Below, piece by piece: positions 17,282 to 24,397 of a stretch of 32,000 nt of DNA. The notes under the pieces are model-generated. The model worked only from the letters and a program-made list of their open reading frames with translations. It was not told where the DNA came from and searched no databases. Every line of letters starts with the position of its first letter. The stretch's first letter is position 1. Made by a program: the position numbers and the translations under genes. This DNA comes from Deltaproteobacteria bacterium (GTDB lineage: Bacteria; Desulfobacterota; Desulfomonilia; Desulfomonilales; Desulfomonilaceae): NCBI GenBank assembly GCA_021777225.1, contig JAJYDQ010000037.1, positions 2,006 to 34,005 on the forward strand, read 5' to 3'.

Positions 17282-18946
17282 ATGCCAGATAAGACTTACG
17301 ACGCGATAGTGGTCGGCGGTGGACATCAGGGAACTATTATAGCTTGTTACCTCCAACACGCCGGCATGAAGACGGTTGTATATGAAAGGCAACACGAATT
17401 GGGAGGCGGGGCCTGTGGTGAGGAATTACCCCTACCCGGCTTCCTTCAGAACCCTTGCGCTCACTGGACCAGATTTTATGGTCATCCGGCATATGATGAT
17501 TTCAAACTCAGGAACCTCGGCCTGTCGTACGTGTTCCCTGACCATAGCGAAGGAATGATTTACGACGACGGTATGCATTTCATGGGCTATACGGCATGGA
17601 AAGTAGTCGATGAAAATACCGGCAGAGCTGAATTTAACGAACTGAACGCTCAAAAGACCATTGATCAGATATCCAGATTTTCCAAGAGAGACGCTGACAC
17701 CGCTTATGACCTTTTGGAAAAGTATAAAAAGAAGTGGAGGGCCGCTTTCCACGAATGGAGATACAATCCTCCAACCCCATGGGGAGTCAATGACGCGTTC
17801 GAACGTTTGATAGGTGACAAAGATGCTCCTATACCACCCGAATATCAGTTTTACACTTCTCAACAGGTGGCGTTTGATCTTTTCGAAAGTGATTACCTTC
17901 GCACTCTGTTCATGCGTTCATGTATGACATCAAGCGGGGTTTTCCCTAACGATGGCATCGGAATTTACAAGATTTTGCATACTCTCGGATTGATTCTTTC
18001 GTGGGAACCCGCTTCCATTGCTATTGGAGGAACCCACGCAATTACTCATGCTCTTCAAAGGGCTTTCAGTTCCATGGGTGGCGAATTTGTCGTAGAAACC
18101 GGCGTAGAAAGGGCCATTATTGAAAACGGCCGTGCTGTAGGAGTGCTGCTCAAAGATGGAAGGGAAATCGCCGCAAGACATGCTGTCGTCAGCGATATGA
18201 ACACTACTCAAACGATTTTGCAACTTATCGGTGAAGAACATGTCCCAGAAAAAATAGCACATAGGGCCAAGAATATACTTAGAGACAGGGCCCAGCTATT
18301 CTGGGGTAATTTTGCGCTTCATGAACTTCCCGAATACACGGTCGCAAAAGACAATCCGGAAATAGGAATGTGCCCTCGACTAAATTGGGGTCCCAAAGAC
18401 GCTGACTATTTCGCTACAAGGCATCAGGCTGAACTCTTTGTGAAAGGCATTCCAAATAAGCTTGTCGCCATCGTAGCGCCGGATAGCATTTGGGATAAGG
18501 GGCGGGCTCCGGAAGGAAAACATACCATCCTGATCGAACAGTTTACCGCCCCCTACAGGTTCTTCAGCGATAGAGAATGGTTGCGCATGAAAAGCGAAAT
18601 CGTTGAGACAATGAGGGAGCAATGGTCATGGTACGCTCCCAATATGACCAAAGACAACGTGATAGCCACCCATATCACCACCCCCATGGATGTTCAGATG
18701 CGAAATCTGAATATGCCTCAAGGGGGTTGGACAGGCGAAGATATGATCGCTTCCCAGATGGGCCGTATGAGACCCTTCCCAGAACTGGCGTTTTACCGAT
18801 TACCGGTTAAAAACTTGTACCTCGCGTCTGCCGCCGCTCACTCGGGTCCTGGAATTGGAAGGGGCAGCGCTTACAACTGCTTCAAGGTCATTGCGGAAGA
18901 CTTCGGTCTCCCTAAAATTTGGGAGCAAAAGGGCAGACCCTATTAG
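17282..18946 (+). CDS. FAD-dependent oxidoreductase, phytoene dehydrogenase/amine oxidase-like (CtmA/CtmB-like), paralog 2
   Basis: YDAIVVGGGHQGTIIACYLQHAGMKTVVYERQHELGGG, with C-terminal SAAAHSGPGIGRGSAYNCFKVI. Colinear with paralog 1 (shared PEGKHT, ITSP/ITTP and VKNLY motifs). AAGGAG SD present. Confidence 0.85.
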   Translation: MPDKTYDAIVVGGGHQGTIIACYLQHAGMKTVVYERQHELGGGACGEELPLPGFLQNPCAHWTRFYGHPAYDDFKLRNLGLSYVFPDHSEGMIYDDGMHFMGYTAWKVVDENTGRAEFNELNAQKTIDQISRFSKRDADTAYDLLEKYKKKWRAAFHEWRYNPPTPWGVNDAFERLIGDKDAPIPPEYQFYTSQQVAFDLFESDYLRTLFMRSCMTSSGVFPNDGIGIYKILHTLGLILSWEPASIAIGGTHAITHALQRAFSSMGGEFVVETGVERAIIENGRAVGVLLKDGREIAARHAVVSDMNTTQTILQLIGEEHVPEKIAHRAKNILRDRAQLFWGNFALHELPEYTVAKDNPEIGMCPRLNWGPKDADYFATRHQAELFVKGIPNKLVAIVAPDSIWDKGRAPEGKHTILIEQFTAPYRFFSDREWLRMKSEIVETMREQWSWYAPNMTKDNVIATHITTPMDVQMRNLNMPQGGWTGEDMIASQMGRMRPFPELAFYRLPVKNLYLASAAAHSGPGIGRGSAYNCFKVIAEDFGLPKIWEQKGRPY

Positions 18947-18958
18947 CGGGAGGAACCC

Positions 18959-19714
18959 ATGGGAAGACTTGATGGCCGAGTGGCTATTGTAACAGGCGCC
19001 GGCAAGGGCTTAGGGCAGGCTTTTTGTGTAAAGTTGGCAGAGGAAGGCGCCGACATAGTAGCTGTTACTAGAGCCGACATACAGGGCCTGAAGCAAACTG
19101 AAAAGATGGTAAGAAATTTAGGGAAACAAGCTCTAATAAGCCAGGTTGATGTCACCAATGAAAACGACACCATCAGGATGGTTGGTGAAACAGTTGATCG
19201 GTTTAGCCGTATAGATATTTTGGTAAACAACGCAGCATACTATTATGGCGTAAAGAGGAAACCATTCACTGAGATAAGTTCTGACGAGTGGGATAAAATG
19301 ATGGCTGTTAATGTAAAGGGTCCGTGGATTTGCACCAAAGCGGTCTTCGAAACTATGAAATCCCAAGGCAAAGGGAAAATAATCAACTTGACATCGGAGG
19401 TTTTCTTCACTGGTTCCCACGGGTTTGTCCATTATGTAACTTCTAAAGGAGGAGTTGTGGGGCTGACGCGAGCTTTGGCCGTAGAGCTTGGCCTTTATGG
19501 AATATGCGTGAACGCTGTAGCCCCAGGATACACGGATACTGAGGCGAGCCGGACAATTGCAGACGTCGGTAAATATGATACCAGTAAAACACCTTTGAAA
19601 AGACTGGAAACTCCGGAGGACCTCGTTGGAGTAGTCGCCTTTCTAGCATCAGATGACAGTAATTTTATAACAGGCCAGACAATCTTGGTCGATGGAGGGA
19701 GGGCTATGCACTAG
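18959..19714 (+). CDS. Classical short-chain dehydrogenase/reductase (SDR)
   Basis: TGAGKGLG cofactor motif, NNAA, and catalytic S...YVTSK (YxxxK). 251 aa. GGGAGGA SD present. Confidence 0.9.
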   Translation: MGRLDGRVAIVTGAGKGLGQAFCVKLAEEGADIVAVTRADIQGLKQTEKMVRNLGKQALISQVDVTNENDTIRMVGETVDRFSRIDILVNNAAYYYGVKRKPFTEISSDEWDKMMAVNVKGPWICTKAVFETMKSQGKGKIINLTSEVFFTGSHGFVHYVTSKGGVVGLTRALAVELGLYGICVNAVAPGYTDTEASRTIADVGKYDTSKTPLKRLETPEDLVGVVAFLASDDSNFITGQTILVDGGRAMH

Positions 19715-19943
19715 TCATGTAATATCACCGACGTCGGAGCTGGTTTATTCTTTTACTTATATTGTTGTTGCATCGAATTTCTTACTGTTTGCGGGGAAAA
19801 CCTAATTTGATTCCCCCTACCCTTTGTACTGAATTGTATTCGTGGATCCCTCCGACGAGTGTCGATAAATATAGCAGGGCCAATCGTCATTTCACAGTGT
19901 TCTATTAACCGTTTCACAATCCTTAAAGGAAGAGAGAGAACCC

Positions 19944-21626
19944 ATGAAAGTTTACGATGTTGTACCTGGCTTGGAATTCGACGCGGAGCGCGATCTGGCT
20001 CAATCCCCAGCATGGTTTTTGGACGCTACCCATTCTGTCCCACCTTGGACCCCAATGTTTGGCTGGTTTTGGATTAATTTTTGTCGTCACGGCATGCAAT
20101 ACGGCGCTGAGAAGTTGTCTCTACCTACTGTCCATGGATGGGATTGGCGTTTCATGAATGGAGGTGGCTATCTGACTCTGCTCTTAGTTAAGAGCGAAGA
20201 AGAAAAACAACGACGAGAAGTGGAGTTTAGAAAGGCCATTCTCCCGTTAATCAAAGATTACGATGGGATTTGGAATGGTTTCGTAAAAGAAGTTCTTGGA
20301 CGTTATAAAAAGCTAAAAGAGTTGGACGTAGATACCGCTTCAAATATCGAACTTCTGGACAACTTCGAGGAGACTATCAATACTTGTAGGCGAATGTGGG
20401 AAATACACATGTATATGATGTACGGGACTTATACCGCCTACATCCTTTTTGAAAATATGTGTCGTGAACTTGTTGGGATAGACGACACATCCCCGTCATT
20501 TCATCGCATAGTGTCCGGTTTCGACAACAAGGTATTTCAGGTTGACCGTCGTCTCTGGGAGTTTTCCAAGATCGCGTCCGACATGGGACTTGAAGACGTC
20601 TTCCTAAAGAATGAAGAAGTTGACATTCGCGAGAAACTAGAAGAATCAGATAGCGGCCACAATTTCCTCAAACAATTTAGAGAGTTCCTTAACGAAGACG
20701 GTTGGCGTATGCAACGAATGTCCGAAATCAACCTGCCCACCTGGGTGGAAGATCCTACCCCGGCTCTTTCGATGGTGAAACAATTTATCCAAAAGGGGGG
20801 GGCATTTAATCTCGACGAAGAGCGAAAGAAAATAAGCGTTGAAAGAATCGAAACAGAGAAAGAAATTCTTGCCAAGGTTCCTTCCGAGCAACGAGCTTGG
20901 TTTGAACCTCTTATGCGTCTCGCTCAAAAAAGCGGTATATTTAGTGAGGAGCATGATCATTATCTTGATTTATACACACATGCGATGATGCGCCGAAGCG
21001 CTCTAGGGATGGGAAGACGCTTCGTAAAGGCTGGCGCAATTGATGATCACGAAGACATCTTTTTTCTTATCCCCGATGAAGTTCGTCGCGCTGGAATCAA
21101 TCCTGGCCAGTTCGATCTCCGTTACATAGTAGACAGGCGACGCTCCGAATGGTTGGAATGGCAAAAAACTCCCAATCCACCGGCTATTTTAGCTGAGGGA
21201 TTCGATTTGGACCAAGCGATGGGCGTCCTGGTCAAATCAAATGACCCTATTGCCCTTAAGGTAGTTGTTGGTTCCATGCCTCAAGTACGGCCTGAACTGA
21301 AGGCCGACCTGTACGGGACGTGCGGATCACCGGGTGTGGCTGAAGGAACGGCAAGGGTTATCGTAACTGAGGATGAATTACACCTTATCAAAGAAGGGGA
21401 CATCCTTGTGGCGGTAAGCACCTCACCGAGCTGGACCCCTGTATTTTCAATGATCAGTGGGGTTGTAGTCGACCGAGGAGCGAGCCTTTCACACGCCGCT
21501 ATTGTCGGCCGGGAATATGGAATTCCGGTCGTTATGAACGTGTTTGAGGGTACCGCCAAGATTCAATCAGGTCAACGCATCAGGGTCGACGCTAACCTGG
21601 GCGCTGTTTACATACTCGACAAGTAA
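19944..21626 (+). CDS. PEP-utilizing enzyme with phospho-histidine swivel domain, second divergent PpsA-like subunit
   Basis: 560 aa. C-terminus GSPGVAEGTARVI...LVAVSTSPSWTP...GASLSHAAIVGREYGIPVV carries the catalytic His. The N-terminal two-thirds are only distantly related to 5455-7287. Confidence 0.8.
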   Translation: MKVYDVVPGLEFDAERDLAQSPAWFLDATHSVPPWTPMFGWFWINFCRHGMQYGAEKLSLPTVHGWDWRFMNGGGYLTLLLVKSEEEKQRREVEFRKAILPLIKDYDGIWNGFVKEVLGRYKKLKELDVDTASNIELLDNFEETINTCRRMWEIHMYMMYGTYTAYILFENMCRELVGIDDTSPSFHRIVSGFDNKVFQVDRRLWEFSKIASDMGLEDVFLKNEEVDIREKLEESDSGHNFLKQFREFLNEDGWRMQRMSEINLPTWVEDPTPALSMVKQFIQKGGAFNLDEERKKISVERIETEKEILAKVPSEQRAWFEPLMRLAQKSGIFSEEHDHYLDLYTHAMMRRSALGMGRRFVKAGAIDDHEDIFFLIPDEVRRAGINPGQFDLRYIVDRRRSEWLEWQKTPNPPAILAEGFDLDQAMGVLVKSNDPIALKVVVGSMPQVRPELKADLYGTCGSPGVAEGTARVIVTEDELHLIKEGDILVAVSTSPSWTPVFSMISGVVVDRGASLSHAAIVGREYGIPVVMNVFEGTAKIQSGQRIRVDANLGAVYILDK

Positions 21627-21714
21627 TCCAAGGCCTGCAGGATCAAAAGTTTAACTATTGATTCGGGTAGTTTTTGTACCCGGACCTGCTCTCTCCGGAA
21701 AGGATCGGATTGAA

Positions 21715-22740
21715 ATGGCCAAGAAATGGATCTACTGGTTCGACGAAATCGGCTCCGATTTTAACGACCTCGTTGGGAAAAAGTGCGCTAACCTTGGAGA
21801 GATGACAAAGCTTGGCATGAAGGTACCTCCAGGCTTTGCCATATCCGTGGATGGTTATGAGCAGTTTATGGAAGAGAGTGGCGCTGCGAAAGAAATTCAA
21901 AGCTACTTCCATGAAAATAGGGCCATGATGTCTCTGGTTGGCAAACAAGTCGAAGCAAGTCGTGAAATACGCCGAATAATTGAGTCAAAGAGCTTGCCTA
22001 AGGAAATGGCCCAAGAACTCCGTCACAGCTACGAGACCCTTTGTCATCAGGTAGGGATTCCTGATCTGGCGGTGGCTGTGCGATCCAGTGGGGCGGTCAG
22101 CATGCCCGGTCAGATGGAGACTTATCTCAATGTGCGAGGCAAAAGCGAACTTGAGAGAAAAGTCACACAGGTTTGGGCCAGCGCATTCACCGCACGTGCA
22201 ATCGCTTTTCGGCTTGAAAAGAATATGGACATAGCAAAAGCCCCGATCGGTGTGGCCGTGCTCAAAATGGTGAACGCTAAATGCGCCGGAGTTGTTCTCA
22301 CTGTTCAACCTACGACGGGAAACTTGAACAAGGTGGTGGTGGAAGGTAACTGGGGACTTGGCGAAAGTGTTGTCAGCGGAGAAATCACACCGGACCAATT
22401 TATTGTTGACAAGGCAAGTGGCTCCTGCGAAACCACCATCAGCCCAAAAAACAAAATGGTTTGTTATGGCCAAGTAGGAACTAGGGTGGCTGAAGTTCCC
22501 AAGCACTTACAGTGTGAGGCATGCTTGGCTCCTGACGAGTTATCTGAAATTGTAAGGATTGCGACAGATGTTGAGAATTATTTCAACCTTCCACAGGACA
22601 TGGAATGGGTCATAGATCAGGACCTCCCTTTTCCTGAAAACATTTACTGGGTGCAGGCCCGTCCCGCCAAATACTCCAAGGTGGAGCAGGATGAGTCAGT
22701 TTACCTGGCGGACCTAATGTCAAGGATCTTCAGAATGTAA
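21715..22740 (+). CDS. PPDK N-terminal (ATP-grasp) domain protein, second PpsB-like subunit
   Basis: VGKKCANLGEM, VPPGFAISV, AVRSSGAVSMPGQMETYLN and DMEWV...WVQARPA. Trimmed from TTG 21658 to ATG 21715. Confidence 0.85.
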   Translation: MAKKWIYWFDEIGSDFNDLVGKKCANLGEMTKLGMKVPPGFAISVDGYEQFMEESGAAKEIQSYFHENRAMMSLVGKQVEASREIRRIIESKSLPKEMAQELRHSYETLCHQVGIPDLAVAVRSSGAVSMPGQMETYLNVRGKSELERKVTQVWASAFTARAIAFRLEKNMDIAKAPIGVAVLKMVNAKCAGVVLTVQPTTGNLNKVVVEGNWGLGESVVSGEITPDQFIVDKASGSCETTISPKNKMVCYGQVGTRVAEVPKHLQCEACLAPDELSEIVRIATDVENYFNLPQDMEWVIDQDLPFPENIYWVQARPAKYSKVEQDESVYLADLMSRIFRM

Positions 22741-22775
22741 ACAGGGCCAATGGCTTTTTAGCGGAGGAGGCGGAA

Positions 22776-23435
22776 ATGACCAGCCTATTTACTCAATATT
22801 GGGACGTAATTCCTGGAAGGTTCGATGATTACTCTGCATTCGTGACAAAAGAGTACGTGCCTACAATGGAAAAGCTGGGCCTGAAACTTCTCGGCGGTTT
22901 CTACGTGGCTGTCGGTCAGGGACCCAGGATAATCGTTGTAGGCACGGTAGAGGAACAGGACTATCTACGACGTATCCTGTCTACGGAACAATACAGGATT
23001 GTCATGGAAGGACTTTTCGAATTCACATGTAAATATTCGAGTAAACTTTATGTATCCAGCGGAAGAGTAACTCAAGGGCCATACGCCATTCAAACAGGCG
23101 CATGGAAATTTAACCAGTATTATAACATCATCCCTGGTAAAGAAACTGAGCACTATCATTTTGTTAAGAACGAGTGCATGCCGGGAATGAAAGAGTTGGG
23201 TGTCCCTGTGACAGGGGCGTGGCGCATGGTCATAGGAGAAGGCCCTAGAATTCTTGCGGAATGCACATCCCGTAACATGATGGGCATTGCAGAGTGTATC
23301 GATACTTCGTTGTTTCGAAAACTGGTGCGGCGACTCAAGAAACATTTCGCTACTGATTACAACAGCAGGATACTGGCACCTACAGGGAGGATAGAAATTC
23401 CCTCACTCATGCAAAACATGATGAAAGGCTTTTAG
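22776..23435 (+). CDS. Hypothetical protein with an internal tandem duplication (two ~105-aa ferredoxin-like / dimeric alpha-beta-barrel-type halves)
   Basis: GGAGGAGG SD. The halves align by eye: QYWDVIPG..F..FV.KEYVPTMEKLG...GQGPRI...GRV versus QYYNIIPG..H..FVKNECMPGMKELG...GEGPRI...GRI. Confidence 0.6.
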   Translation: MTSLFTQYWDVIPGRFDDYSAFVTKEYVPTMEKLGLKLLGGFYVAVGQGPRIIVVGTVEEQDYLRRILSTEQYRIVMEGLFEFTCKYSSKLYVSSGRVTQGPYAIQTGAWKFNQYYNIIPGKETEHYHFVKNECMPGMKELGVPVTGAWRMVIGEGPRILAECTSRNMMGIAECIDTSLFRKLVRRLKKHFATDYNSRILAPTGRIEIPSLMQNMMKGF

Positions 23436-23455
23436 GGGAACGAAAGGAGTTCAAA

Positions 23456-23776
23456 ATGTACGTCAGAATGACGTTCTTCCGTGTTAAAGAAGGAAAAATG
23501 GATGACCTTCGAAACATCTACAACAAACAGGTCATCTCCGCCCACAAAGGCCATAAAGGGATTCGGTTTGTGCATCTACTTGAGTGCATGGATAGCGTTA
23601 ACGATGGCATTTCCATCACCGCATGGGACACCAAAGCTGACGTTGACGCATACGAAAAAAGCGGTGATTATGAAAAACTTGTTGCAATGTTTAAAGAAAT
23701 GTACGCTGCTGAGCCGATCTTGAAATCTTATGAGATAACGGCCAGTTCCGAGCCAATCCTTCTTCGAATTTTTTAG
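23456..23776 (+). CDS. ABM (antibiotic biosynthesis monooxygenase)-like dimeric alpha-beta-barrel protein
   Basis: 106 aa. The MYVRMTFFRVKEG..D start and ITAWDTKADVDAYEKSGDY pattern are typical of ABM/ferredoxin-like small proteins. AAAGGAG SD present. Confidence 0.55.
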   Translation: MYVRMTFFRVKEGKMDDLRNIYNKQVISAHKGHKGIRFVHLLECMDSVNDGISITAWDTKADVDAYEKSGDYEKLVAMFKEMYAAEPILKSYEITASSEPILLRIF

Positions 23777-23790
23777 GACATTGGAGGAAA

Positions 23791-24372
23791 ATGAAATTCC
23801 TAAATCCACAGACGCGGTTTCAGGAAATACGCGAGATGGCGGAATCATTCCTGGACACACGAAACAATCTAATTCATATGGAGGTTTCAAGCGCGTTCGC
23901 CTTGAGATTGCTGAACTCTGAACCTGGCGATGAGACTGTGGTAATGCCTGCAATAATCCTTCACGACGTAGGATGGAAAATGGTACCCGAAGAATTGCAG
24001 ATTCAAGCTTTCGGGCCAAAAGCCAAAGACATGGAGACTAACAGAATTCATGAGGTTGAGGGAGCGCGAATAGCACGCGAAATTCTGGAAAAGCTCGAAT
24101 ACGAAGCTTCTTTGGTGGACGAGATAGTTGAGATCATTCTCGGACATGATTCCCGTAGAAACCCATTATCTTTTAACGACGCTATTGTAAAAGACGCAGA
24201 TAAACTATGGCGTTTTTCTAAGGAAGCGTTCAAAATCGACCCTGAGCGCTTTGGAATCGATCCCTTGGCGCACATGCATTGGCTTGGCCAACAAATAGAT
24301 GGATGGTTTGTAACAGAAACCGGTAGAAAAGTTGCCCGTGAAGAGCAACGACTCCGGGTCGTAAGTCTTTAA
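23791..24372 (+). CDS. HD-domain metal-dependent phosphohydrolase, paralog 2
   Basis: AIILHDVGWKMVPEELQ, NRIHEVEGARIAREILEK, ILGHDSR and AIVKDADKLWRFS are near-identical blocks shared with 13566-14165. GGAGGA SD present. Confidence 0.8.
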   Translation: MKFLNPQTRFQEIREMAESFLDTRNNLIHMEVSSAFALRLLNSEPGDETVVMPAIILHDVGWKMVPEELQIQAFGPKAKDMETNRIHEVEGARIAREILEKLEYEASLVDEIVEIILGHDSRRNPLSFNDAIVKDADKLWRFSKEAFKIDPERFGIDPLAHMHWLGQQIDGWFVTETGRKVAREEQRLRVVSL

Positions 24373-24397
24373 ACAATCCGTTGATTAGGAAATTGTT

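Noticed and set aside
19728-19737. Palindrome CCGACGTCGG after the SDR gene, considered as a terminator. Also the hairpin GGGGAA-N12-TTCCCC at 19793-19816.
   Set aside because: The first has no loop and a short stem. The second has no following T-tract. Neither is convincing as an intrinsic terminator.
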